Made by a program: the position numbers and the translations under genes | Shown here: positions 18,678 through 26,988 of the stretch, one piece after another | Layout: each line of letters starts with the position of its first letter | Numbering within the stretch: the stretch's first letter is position 1 | NCBI GenBank assembly: GCA_944393685.1 | Contig: CALYAW010000001.1 | Span: forward strand, 36,023-100,022 | Direction: 5' to 3' | Length of the DNA: 64,000 bases | DNA from: an uncultured Alphaproteobacteria bacterium | GTDB taxonomy: Bacteria > Pseudomonadota > Alphaproteobacteria > RF32 > CAG-239 | Notes under the pieces: model-generated | Database searches by the model: none | What the model was told of the DNA's origin: nothing | Seen by the model: the letters and a program-made list of their open reading frames with translations, nothing else

Positions 18678-18708
18678 AAATGCCGAGTACTTACTCGGCA
18701 TTTTTTGT
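18678..18708 (+). terminator. Strong rho-independent terminator closing the 4-gene operon
   Basis: AATGCCGAGTA-CT-TACTCGGCATT followed by TTTTTGTT, immediately after the 18654 stop. Confidence 0.75.
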
Positions 18709-18820
18709 TATACAATGGAAAACAACGTATATAATATACATAAATACACTTAAATAAAAGTATTGACATTTATAATATACTTTGATATACATAAGCACAT
18801 AAGAAGGTAAGGAGGGCTCT

Positions 18821-19186
18821 ATGGCATTTGAAAAATTTATTATCCAAACCAAAAAAAACTTCCCAACTGCGTCAATTTCAACGCTCGGAAGACTTAGTCT
18901 AAATGAGGCTGCAATCGCTGCTTTTGGCTTACAAACAAAAAACTTTGCAGAACTTTTTTACGATTCGGAAAAGGCGCTTATTGGCATAAAATTTTTGAAT
19001 TCAGAGACAGAAAACAGTCTCAAAGTCCAAAGACGCGACAACTCTGGTATGTTTTTATCGGTTAAAAGCTTCTTCAAAGCCTATCAGATTGACTACTCAA
19101 CTACATATTCTTGTGAAGTATCACAAGATGAAAAGGATAAAGACTTTTTGATAATAAACTTAAACACCAAGACAGAAAGGAGATAG
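18821..19186 (+). CDS. Hypothetical protein
   Basis: 121 aa, strong RBS AAGGAGG 7 nt before ATG. AT-rich promoter-like region (TTGACA at 18763) upstream. No recognisable domain. Confidence 0.4.
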   Translation: MAFEKFIIQTKKNFPTASISTLGRLSLNEAAIAAFGLQTKNFAELFYDSEKALIGIKFLNSETENSLKVQRRDNSGMFLSVKSFFKAYQIDYSTTYSCEVSQDEKDKDFLIINLNTKTERR

Positions 19187-19379
19187 ACCAATGAACCGTT
19201 GACAATAAAAAAAGAGGTTAAGAAACTGCAATTTCCCAACCTCAGAAGAAATGTTAAAAATTAACATCTCCAATCAAGAGCTATCTTAACATTTCTCCGA
19301 ATAAAATCAATCTTTTTTTACTTATACCATTTGCGGTTTAGGTACAAATTTGTTTAAAAATTTTATAAGGGAGATTTTT

Positions 19380-20702
19380 ATGGTTAATCATCTTTCTGTT
19401 GAAAATATAAATCTTACTTCGCTAAAAACATATCATAACAACGCCAAAGTACATAATGAAGAGCAGCTTCAAGCCTTAGCGTCATCAATTAAACAATTTG
19501 GCTTTAATTCCCCCATTTTGATTGATGAGAAAAACGAAATCATTGCCGGGCATGGCCGATTAGAAGCTGCCAAAATTGTCGGATTGACAGAAGTTCCTGC
19601 CATCAGGCTAACTCATTTATCTGAAGCTCAAAAACGCGCATACCGTCTTGCTGATAACAAAATTGCTGAAAAAGGCGGATGGAATGAAGACATTCTCAAA
19701 CTTGAACTTTCTGAGTTAGAAAGCCTGTGTAATGATTTTGACATAACGATCACCGGTTTTAGTTCTGTCGAGTTAGATGTGTTGCTTGATGACACCGGCA
19801 ATTCACATAAAATTGATAAGCAGCTTAACACTGATCCTTTTGTTCCTGAAAATGAAATAATTACGCAGCCAGGAGATGTTTGGCACCTTGGCAATCATCG
19901 GATTATCTGCGGCAATTCTCAAGATGAAGAAACCTTCTCAAAATTGATGCAAACTCAAAAAGCAAAGATGGTTTTGCAAGATCCTCCTTTTAATGTTGCC
20001 ATTAACGGGCATGTTTGCGGAAGCGGCAAAACCAAGCATAAAGAATTTGCTTTTGCCTCTGGTGAAATGACTGATGATCAATTTATCAAATTTTTAGAAA
20101 CAAACTTCAAACTTTGCGCCGCTTTTTCACAAGAAGGCTCTCTTCACTATAACTTTATGGACTGGCGACATATTCTTCATATATCGGTTGCAGGAAAAAA
20201 TGTTTTTGACTCATTGATTAACCTTTGTGTGTGGAACAAAGGAACTGGCGGCATGGGCAGCTGCTACAGAAGCGCACATGAACTCTGCTTTATTTTCAAA
20301 AAAGGAAATAAAAGTCACACCAATAATGTTGAGCTTGGCAAAAATGGTCGTTATCGAACAAATGTTTGGAATTATCCCGGAGTAAATAGTTTTGGCCGCC
20401 ATCGACAAGACTTAAAAATGCATCCGACAGTAAAACCAGTAGAAATGCTTTATGATGCTATTTTAGATGTAACCAAGCGTGGTGATTTAGTTTTAGATTC
20501 GTTTTTGGGTTCTGGCTCAAGTTTAATTGCCGCCGAGAAAGCACACAGGGTTTGCTATGGTATTGAATGCGAGATGCTTTATATCGATACCACAATCAGA
20601 CGTTTTCAAAATATCTTCAAGATTGATGCTGTCCGTGAAAAAGACGGTAAGACATACAATGAATTATTGGCAGAACTAAAATCAGGAGACACTCATGACT
20701 AA
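19380..20702 (+). CDS. ParB-like nuclease domain fused to DNA N6-adenine/N4-cytosine methyltransferase (phage-type orphan MTase)
   Basis: ORF-track start at 19350 is TTG. ATG at 19380 has RBS AAGGGAG. ParB/Srx N-domain FNSPILIDEKNEIIAGHGRLEAAKIVGL. MTase motif IV VLQDPPFN and motif I DLVLDSFLGSGSS (beta-class order). Confidence 0.85.
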   Translation: MVNHLSVENINLTSLKTYHNNAKVHNEEQLQALASSIKQFGFNSPILIDEKNEIIAGHGRLEAAKIVGLTEVPAIRLTHLSEAQKRAYRLADNKIAEKGGWNEDILKLELSELESLCNDFDITITGFSSVELDVLLDDTGNSHKIDKQLNTDPFVPENEIITQPGDVWHLGNHRIICGNSQDEETFSKLMQTQKAKMVLQDPPFNVAINGHVCGSGKTKHKEFAFASGEMTDDQFIKFLETNFKLCAAFSQEGSLHYNFMDWRHILHISVAGKNVFDSLINLCVWNKGTGGMGSCYRSAHELCFIFKKGNKSHTNNVELGKNGRYRTNVWNYPGVNSFGRHRQDLKMHPTVKPVEMLYDAILDVTKRGDLVLDSFLGSGSSLIAAEKAHRVCYGIECEMLYIDTTIRRFQNIFKIDAVREKDGKTYNELLAELKSGDTHD

Positions 20703-21075
20703 TAAGACTTATGATGTTGGCTATTGCAATCCACCACAACACTCTCGCTTTCAGAAAGGGAAAAGCGGCAATCCTTCAGGGCGTCCTAAGCACAGCCGAA
20801 ATACGTATAAGCTATTGGAAGATATTTTGGAGCAGAAGGTTTCAATCGTCCAAGATGGTAAGCAAATCAAAATTTCAAAAAAGGTAGCGATTCTTTTGCA
20901 GGCAGTCAATTCTGCGGTTAAAGGCGATACAAAAGCCATTCGCGATTTATTTCCTCATTTGTTGGCTGTCGATGCCAAACAAGAAGAGAAAGAACAAAAA
21001 AGAGCTTCACTTAAAGCTGATGATTTAAGCATAATTAATAATTTTTTGCAAAATAAGGAGACCGGAAATGGTTAA
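20695..21075 (+). CDS. Phage small protein with FQKGKSGNPSGRPK motif (DUF5681-like, terminase small-subunit candidate)
   Basis: 126 aa, RBS AGGAGAC, overlaps previous stop. Motif SRFQKGKSGNPSGRPK characteristic of proteins next to terminases in Rhizobiales phages, from recall. Confidence 0.5.
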   Translation: MTNKTYDVGYCNPPQHSRFQKGKSGNPSGRPKHSRNTYKLLEDILEQKVSIVQDGKQIKISKKVAILLQAVNSAVKGDTKAIRDLFPHLLAVDAKQEEKEQKRASLKADDLSIINNFLQNKETGNG

Positions 21076-21559
21076 ATTTAAAGTAGATAAATTACTCAAT
21101 TTTTTAGAACAAATAAGTCACAATGCTTCCTCTCCAAAGCAACTACTGCAAAATCTTGCAAAAGATTTCCGGTCGTTAAGCTCAGAAGAACAAAAAGATT
21201 TTCAGCAATTATTGCTTGATATGCTTGATAAAACTTGCAGTTTTAAAAAGATAAAAATTGCTCAGGATGCCGAAAGTAAAGTAAAAAGGCCTGAATTTCC
21301 TAAAGACATTTTTGAAAAATTGCTTTGGGAATTACAGGACAAACCATCTGAATATATTGAACCTCGGCTGGAGATGATGCGAGCTTGTCTTTCTTTTCCA
21401 TCGGGCAAACAATCTAAAACAGCATCAAGCGCTATTCAAGAAATGAAGTTGAGCTTATCTCACAAAGGTTTTTCATTGGCTAAAAAACGCAACGTCTTCT
21501 TAAGATGTTTGTACGAAACATTTTTGCTTCAGGAGCTGTACAATGATATCGATGAATAA
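21068..21559 (+). CDS. Hypothetical phage protein
   Basis: 163 aa, RBS AAGGAGACCGG. Overlaps neighbours by a few bp (operon packing). Confidence 0.45.
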   Translation: MVKFKVDKLLNFLEQISHNASSPKQLLQNLAKDFRSLSSEEQKDFQQLLLDMLDKTCSFKKIKIAQDAESKVKRPEFPKDIFEKLLWELQDKPSEYIEPRLEMMRACLSFPSGKQSKTASSAIQEMKLSLSHKGFSLAKKRNVFLRCLYETFLLQELYNDIDE

Positions 21560-23069
21560 CCAAGACTTGCTTAAGGCTATTTTACGCTCAGATCTAAAAT
21601 CATTTGTCACAAAAGTGTTTTTTGATGTATCACCCTCGGCTCAATATCTTGATAATTGGCATATTGATCTTATTTGCCAAGAATTAGCACAAATGATAAA
21701 TGGTCAAGAAACGCGTTTAATAATTAACATTCCACCTCGATATTTAAAATCCATAATCTGTTCGGTTGCGCTTCCAGCTTTTATTTTGGGACATAATCCG
21801 CAAAGCTCTATTATTTGCGTAAGTTATTCGGATGATTTGGCGGCAAAACATGCTAATGATTGTCGCAGAATAATTACCTCACAATGGTATCAAGAGCTAT
21901 TTCCCGAAACAGTGTTAAGCAGCAATAAAAAATCAACATCAGATTTTGAAACTACTAAAGGGGGTGGAAGATTTTCTACCTCCATAAGCGGCACATTAAC
22001 CGGACGAGGAGCAGATTGGATTATAATTGACGACCCCATAAAACCGACAGATGCAATGTCAGACAATATCAGAGATAAAGTCAATGATTGGTATCGATCA
22101 ACTCTATACTCTCGCCTCAACAATAAGGTCGAAGGAAAAATCATTCTGATTATGCAGCGCTTACATGAAAATGATATGACCGGATTTTTGCTTGAAAGCG
22201 ATAAAAAGTTTAAGCTCATCAAACTCCCCGTCATTGCGGAAGAAGATGAAACATGGATTTTGAAAAATCAATTTACGCAAACTACGCGCACAATCGAGCG
22301 ACATCCTGGAGATCTTTTGCATCCGCAAAGAGAAAACCTTGAAACGATTAAAGAATTGCAAGATTCTTTAGGCGAATTTGCCTTTGCAGGGCAATACCAG
22401 CAAAATCCTGTTCCCCAAAGTGGTGGAATGGTAAAAAAGGACTGGATGTACTTTTATAATGAGCTGCCAGCATTTAAGCAAATCATCTTGTCTTGGGATA
22501 CGGCAAGTAAAGAGGGCTTTGACAATGCATATTCTGCATACGTCTTACTTGGTGTAGATTATAACCGCAAATATTATTTGATTGAGGCTAATCGTTACCG
22601 GCTTAATTTTCCAGAACTAGTAAAAACAGTAGATAGAATGAACGATCAATGTATTGATTTATTTAAGCAAAAGCCGTATATCCTTATTGAAGATGCCTCA
22701 TCTGGGACACAACTTATCCAAGTTTTAAGAGGAGAATATGGTCTATCTCCACATGCAATTAGAGCTGAGCAAAACAAAATTTCACGTATGCAAGCGGTAT
22801 CTCTAGCAATAGAGCAACAAAGACTATTATTTCCTAATCAAGCCGGAATATGGTATCAAACTTTTGAAAAAGAGCTTTTAACATTTCCAAAATCAAGATT
22901 TAAGGATCAATGTGATGCCTTGAGTCAAGCAGTGTGCTTTTTATCTTCAGAGATACAAAATCCACAAATCAAACCGTATATAGCCACCGGCAATCATTTT
23001 TACACTAGTGGACATCGATCAACCTATAAAGTACATCCTATGCGAGATCCAAGGAAACTAAGACATTAA
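21543..23069 (+). CDS. Phage terminase large subunit
   Basis: 508 aa. N-terminal ATPase region and C-terminal nuclease region (YNRKYYLIEANRYRLNFPELV...ILIEDASSGTQLIQVLR) typical of GTA/phage TerL of alphaproteobacteria. Confidence 0.75.
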   Translation: MISMNNQDLLKAILRSDLKSFVTKVFFDVSPSAQYLDNWHIDLICQELAQMINGQETRLIINIPPRYLKSIICSVALPAFILGHNPQSSIICVSYSDDLAAKHANDCRRIITSQWYQELFPETVLSSNKKSTSDFETTKGGGRFSTSISGTLTGRGADWIIIDDPIKPTDAMSDNIRDKVNDWYRSTLYSRLNNKVEGKIILIMQRLHENDMTGFLLESDKKFKLIKLPVIAEEDETWILKNQFTQTTRTIERHPGDLLHPQRENLETIKELQDSLGEFAFAGQYQQNPVPQSGGMVKKDWMYFYNELPAFKQIILSWDTASKEGFDNAYSAYVLLGVDYNRKYYLIEANRYRLNFPELVKTVDRMNDQCIDLFKQKPYILIEDASSGTQLIQVLRGEYGLSPHAIRAEQNKISRMQAVSLAIEQQRLLFPNQAGIWYQTFEKELLTFPKSRFKDQCDALSQAVCFLSSEIQNPQIKPYIATGNHFYTSGHRSTYKVHPMRDPRKLRH

Positions 23070-23125
23070 TAAAACTTGACTTAAGACAATGAAAGAGCCT
23101 TCATGCAACAATATGGAGGCTCTTA

Positions 23126-23383
23126 ATGTATAAAAAACCGCCTATAGCACACCAATTTCAAAAAGGAAAATCTGGAAATCCGAATGGTCGACCCAAAATC
23201 TCCGATTCGGCACTATTTGATTTGACTTCCTTGTTTTTGCAAGCGTTACTGTTAGCAAGGAACAAAGATAAAAGTTCCCGAGACAAATTAAGCAAAATAA
23301 GGGAGATATTGTATGAAAAGGAAAATTCATCTACCCAAAAACATCGAAGAGCTAAAAAAATTATCACAAAAAAAGCAGGCTAA
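23126..23383 (+). CDS. Second FQKGKSGNPNGRPK-motif protein, probably a truncated or degenerate paralog
   Basis: 85 aa. The first about 35 aa match the 20695 paralog, then diverge. The 3' 71 bp overlap the next gene out of frame. Confidence 0.35.
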   Translation: MYKKPPIAHQFQKGKSGNPNGRPKISDSALFDLTSLFLQALLLARNKDKSSRDKLSKIREILYEKENSSTQKHRRAKKIITKKAG

Positions 23384-23765
23384 GCTTTGGGAGCGTTATG
23401 TAAACAGCCCTTACAATCACCAGCTTCGAGCATTGTGGTATTATATTGCTTGCGAAAATGCCAATCTTAAGATTGAACGCAAACACCTAATTAAGTTAGA
23501 AAAATATGCTGAAAACCCGGATGAATGTATGATTAAGGTATACAAAACCAAATATAACCTTCATCCGGGGACAGAAATTACTAAAACCTTCCGCAACCAC
23601 CAATACAAGGTTATTATAAACGAAGCAGATGATTTTATTTTTGAGGGTAAACATTATAAAACTCTATCGGCGGTTGCCAAAGAAATATGTGGAATAAAAG
23701 TATCAGGCTATGACTTCTTTGGCTTAAACAACAAACGAGCATTAAAGGAGGCAACACATGACTAG
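23313..23765 (+). CDS. DUF2924-like protein (recombinase-associated)
   Basis: 150 aa. N-terminus LPKNIEELKKLSQKKQAKLWERYVNSPYNHQLRALWYYIACE. Family recalled as typically encoded immediately upstream of large serine recombinases. Stop overlaps recombinase start. Confidence 0.5.
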   Translation: MKRKIHLPKNIEELKKLSQKKQAKLWERYVNSPYNHQLRALWYYIACENANLKIERKHLIKLEKYAENPDECMIKVYKTKYNLHPGTEITKTFRNHQYKVIINEADDFIFEGKHYKTLSAVAKEICGIKVSGYDFFGLNNKRALKEATHD

Positions 23766-25389
23766 AATAAATTGTGCCGTCTATGTTCGTAAATCTACCG
23801 AAAAAGGATTGGAGCTTGAGTTTAATTCATTGCATAATCAAGAAGAAGCATGCCGAAGCTATATATTATCACAAGCCTTTAACAACTGGGAATATTTCAA
23901 AACTTATACCGATGGCGGAATTTCCGGTGGCACCATGGAACGTCCGGCCTTAAAACAAATGCTTGAAGATATTCGACATGGATTAATACAGACAGTGGTG
24001 GTTTATAAAGTCGACCGTTTATCCCGCTCAATTATGGACTTCCATAATATGATGAAAGAATTTGATAAATATGGCTGCAGCTTTGTTTCAATTACCCAAG
24101 CCTTTGACACATCGACTTCCATGGGCAAGCTAACGCTAAACATGCTGCTATCATTTGCTCAATTTGAGAGAGAGGTGTCTTCGGAACGTGTCCGTGATAA
24201 AATCCGTGCCAGTAAAGCCAAAGGCCTATGGACTGGAGGGATTCCTAAACTAGGTTATGATATTATAGATAAAAAACTGGTTATAAATTCAATAGAAGCT
24301 GAACAGGTAAAAGATATTTTTGAAAGCTATTTAAAATGTGAATCTTTGGTAGAACTTGAAACCTTTGTCCAAACCAAAGGAATTACTCATAAACATTGGA
24401 TGACAAATAAAGGTGTTGAGAAAGGTGGAAAACCATTAAAAACATCGGCCTTACATAGGTTATTGCATGAAAAAATATATTTAGGTTTAATTGAAAACAA
24501 GAAAACAGGGCAAACTTTCAAAGGACACCATCAAGCAATTATCTCCAAAGAATTATGGGAGCAGGTACAAAATAAGCTGAAAGAAAATGATAAATGCAAA
24601 AATCCCAATCATGTGCCAAATAATAATTTACTTACCGGAAAGCTGTTTAACACAGAAGGAACCGCCTTTAGCAACCAAGCAAACAGCAAAAAGAAAAGTA
24701 CAAAACGCCATTATTACGCAATAAAAGGTTTATTCCTACCAACAGAGCAAATTGATAAACTTACAAAAGATGCAATAAGCGAAATTCTTGACAGCAATCT
24801 CAATGGACTAAACAAAGACAGTTCACTTACTTTAAAGTTAATAAATTTTGCAGATATGGACTATTTAAAGCAGCGCAACTTTATCCGTAACTTTGTTAAC
24901 AAAATAATTTATCAAAAAGATCGCTTAACATTCTTTTTTAACACCAATCCTTTAATTCTATCAGCTTATACAGGCAATGCGTTAAACGAAAATAACAATC
25001 CATTAGACTTTATAGCCGACAATACCAACAATCAAATCATCTATGAAAAACCGGTAATCATCAACCGCGGACTATCAAGCAATGTCTATAACGCCGGAAA
25101 GGTTGGACTGATGAGTATCAATGATAACAATCGCCTCATTGTCCGTGCCTTAGCTTATGCTTGGAAATTTAAGAAACTCTACGAAAAGGGACTAAGTACC
25201 GATGACATAGCAAAACAAGAGAAAATGTCAAAACGAACCATCTACAAATACCTAAATCTTGCCTACCTCTCACCAAGAATAATTAATCAACTTCTCGATG
25301 GAATTTTAACCTTTAACCTTCAAACACTCTTCGAAATCGCCTCTAAAAACCTGAGCTTTGACGAGCAGGAAAAGATGTTAGCTATTTAA
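23758..25389 (+). CDS. Large serine recombinase (resolvase-family site-specific integrase)
   Basis: 543 aa. N-terminal resolvase catalytic domain AVYVRKSTEKG ... VVVYKVDRLSRS, long C-terminal recombinase/zinc-ribbon/coiled-coil region. Confidence 0.85.
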   Translation: MTRINCAVYVRKSTEKGLELEFNSLHNQEEACRSYILSQAFNNWEYFKTYTDGGISGGTMERPALKQMLEDIRHGLIQTVVVYKVDRLSRSIMDFHNMMKEFDKYGCSFVSITQAFDTSTSMGKLTLNMLLSFAQFEREVSSERVRDKIRASKAKGLWTGGIPKLGYDIIDKKLVINSIEAEQVKDIFESYLKCESLVELETFVQTKGITHKHWMTNKGVEKGGKPLKTSALHRLLHEKIYLGLIENKKTGQTFKGHHQAIISKELWEQVQNKLKENDKCKNPNHVPNNNLLTGKLFNTEGTAFSNQANSKKKSTKRHYYAIKGLFLPTEQIDKLTKDAISEILDSNLNGLNKDSSLTLKLINFADMDYLKQRNFIRNFVNKIIYQKDRLTFFFNTNPLILSAYTGNALNENNNPLDFIADNTNNQIIYEKPVIINRGLSSNVYNAGKVGLMSINDNNRLIVRALAYAWKFKKLYEKGLSTDDIAKQEKMSKRTIYKYLNLAYLSPRIINQLLDGILTFNLQTLFEIASKNLSFDEQEKMLAI

Positions 25390-25457
25390 TAGCCTAATTT
25401 ACATTAAAAATTTTTCAGAATATCATTCATTATGGCAAAAAATTTGTGGATAAGAAA

Positions 25458-26090
25458 ATGAGTGAGATTCAAAAACAATACTATCAACAACTTCAAAACC
25501 AGCTAAAGATTATGTGCAGTGCAACTATTCACGCACTAATTGATACCTATATGCTTATGTTTCCTGAGGCATACAAACAGGAAAACAAAAATACCTTTAT
25601 GTTTCGATACACTTTTTATGCTTTTCAGCAAAGAGCTATGATTTCTGTTAGAAAGTTAATTGAACCTTCAAGTAAAAACAAAATCACAATTGAATCTATT
25701 GTTAAATTAGCTACGAAACCAGATTTTTCACTTTTGTCTGAAAAAGAGAAAGCTGCATTAAAAGCTGATTACGATGAGCTATTCAACTCAGAAGAAACAA
25801 AAAGGATAAAAGAATTTCGAGATGCTTTGTGTCATAATCTTTTAGATGGAGATAAAGCAATGTATTATTATAATGATTTTATGTTCATTGTTAGTGGATC
25901 AATTCATATTTTAGAACAACTATACCTGATTGTTCTATCATCGCTCCCAACTTTTTTTGTTGAAGCCCGTAATATTGCAGAATATCTCGCATCTAATTAT
26001 TGGAAAGCTCTCGATATAGCCGCAAAAAATTCTAACAACAATCACGATATAAATGCTAAATTACAGAAGCTTCTAGATGGTGAATTTTAA
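25458..26090 (+). CDS. Hypothetical protein with candidate HEPN Rx4H motif (possible Abi-like protein)
   Basis: About 210 aa. Track start 25446 is GTG, ATG at 25458. Motif FRDALCHN (R-x4-H). Last gene of the island before tRNA-Ser. Confidence 0.35.
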   Translation: MSEIQKQYYQQLQNQLKIMCSATIHALIDTYMLMFPEAYKQENKNTFMFRYTFYAFQQRAMISVRKLIEPSSKNKITIESIVKLATKPDFSLLSEKEKAALKADYDELFNSEETKRIKEFRDALCHNLLDGDKAMYYYNDFMFIVSGSIHILEQLYLIVLSSLPTFFVEARNIAEYLASNYWKALDIAAKNSNNNHDINAKLQKLLDGEF

Positions 26091-26224
26091 GGGCTGAAGT
26101 GACTCGCCCAAATTCGGCAATGTATGTAAGTGCCAAAAATTTTGCATTTTCCAATATAAAACAAGCTTACCATAGTCATTTTGGCGATGTCAACCGCCGG
26201 CAAAGCCCGTATTTCCGCCGAATA

Positions 26225-26258
26225 CGAAAAAAGACGCTGTTCCCAAGCGTCTTTTTTA
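26225..26258 (-). terminator. Rho-independent terminator of tRNA-Ser
   Basis: AAGACGCT-GTTCCCA-AGCGTCTT with a T-run on the minus strand directly after the tRNA 3' end. Confidence 0.6.
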
Positions 26259-26264
26259 TCAAAA

Positions 26265-26356
26265 TGGCGGATGAGGAGGGATTTGAACCCCCGATACGAG
26301 TCACCCCGTATACACGATTTCGAGTCGCGCGCATTCAGCCTCTCTGCCACTCATCC
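26265..26356 (-). tRNA. tRNA-Ser (anticodon CGA), long variable arm, encoded CCA
   Basis: Reverse complement GGATGAGTGGCAGAGAGGCTGAATGCGCGCGACTCGAAATCGTG...GGGGGTTCAAATCCCTCCTCATCCGCCA. 7-bp acceptor stem, anticodon loop CT-CGA-AA, long extra arm, T-arm GGTTCAAATCC. Confidence 0.85.
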
Positions 26357-26376
26357 ACAATTTGTCTGGCTAAGTA

Positions 26377-26979
26377 TTAAAGATTTTCTTTCGATTTTGC
26401 AAGCGTTTTTTTAGCTATTCGATAAGTATATACTTTTAACGCCATTCCATATGAGGTCGCTAATATTTCTTTCTCAGGAACAAGCTGCGTAATAGGAAAA
26501 GCCTCCGAAACGATGACCGCATCGTTTTTTAAACTTTCTACAAATTTCTTACCCCACTGTGCAAATAACTTTTTTCCTCCAAAGATTAATACGACATCTG
26601 CCTCACTCAAATCAGCCTGAGTAAAATCAGCACAAAATAGCTCAACATTTACAATATGCCGAGCACGAAAAGAAGCTATTGCATAAGGAACAACATCCCA
26701 ATCATAACCAATAAAACGATGTTGAGGAAATTTTTTTGCCAACGGAATAAGTAAGCTACCGCTTCCGCATCCCAAATCTACAATCGTTAAAGTTTTTTGA
26801 GACTGACGCAAAATCTGTTCAGCTTCTTCCAAACATACTTTTTTCATTTTTCCGAAAGAAGGAAAAAAAGGAGGAAACTCTCCAAAACGAGAATGCATAT
26901 AAGCCACCACAAAATAAACTTCTGCCACACAAGCAGAAATTCCCAAAAGCAGCAACAAACATACAATTAAATCGATCAT
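26377..26979 (-). CDS. Class I SAM-dependent methyltransferase with N-terminal TM anchor
   Basis: 200 aa. Motif I IVDLGCGSGSL. N-terminal hydrophobic helix. Confidence 0.6.
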   Translation of the reverse strand: MIDLIVCLLLLLGISACVAEVYFVVAYMHSRFGEFPPFFPSFGKMKKVCLEEAEQILRQSQKTLTIVDLGCGSGSLLIPLAKKFPQHRFIGYDWDVVPYAIASFRARHIVNVELFCADFTQADLSEADVVLIFGGKKLFAQWGKKFVESLKNDAVIVSEAFPITQLVPEKEILATSYGMALKVYTYRIAKKTLAKSKENL

Positions 26980-26988
26980 AGCGCCTCT

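Noticed and set aside
26225-26360. Island integrated into the 3' end of tRNA-Ser with a duplicated tRNA fragment as att repeat
   Set aside because: The tRNA is full length with its own terminator hairpin between it and the island. The only left-end match (TGGCGGA near 6160) is too short. The integrase is a serine recombinase, which need not target tRNAs. Boundaries are left undefined.
26099-26414. Two plus-strand ORFs (93 and 77 aa) overlapping tRNA-Ser
   Set aside because: They run across a tRNA gene and its terminator, so the ORFs are incidental.
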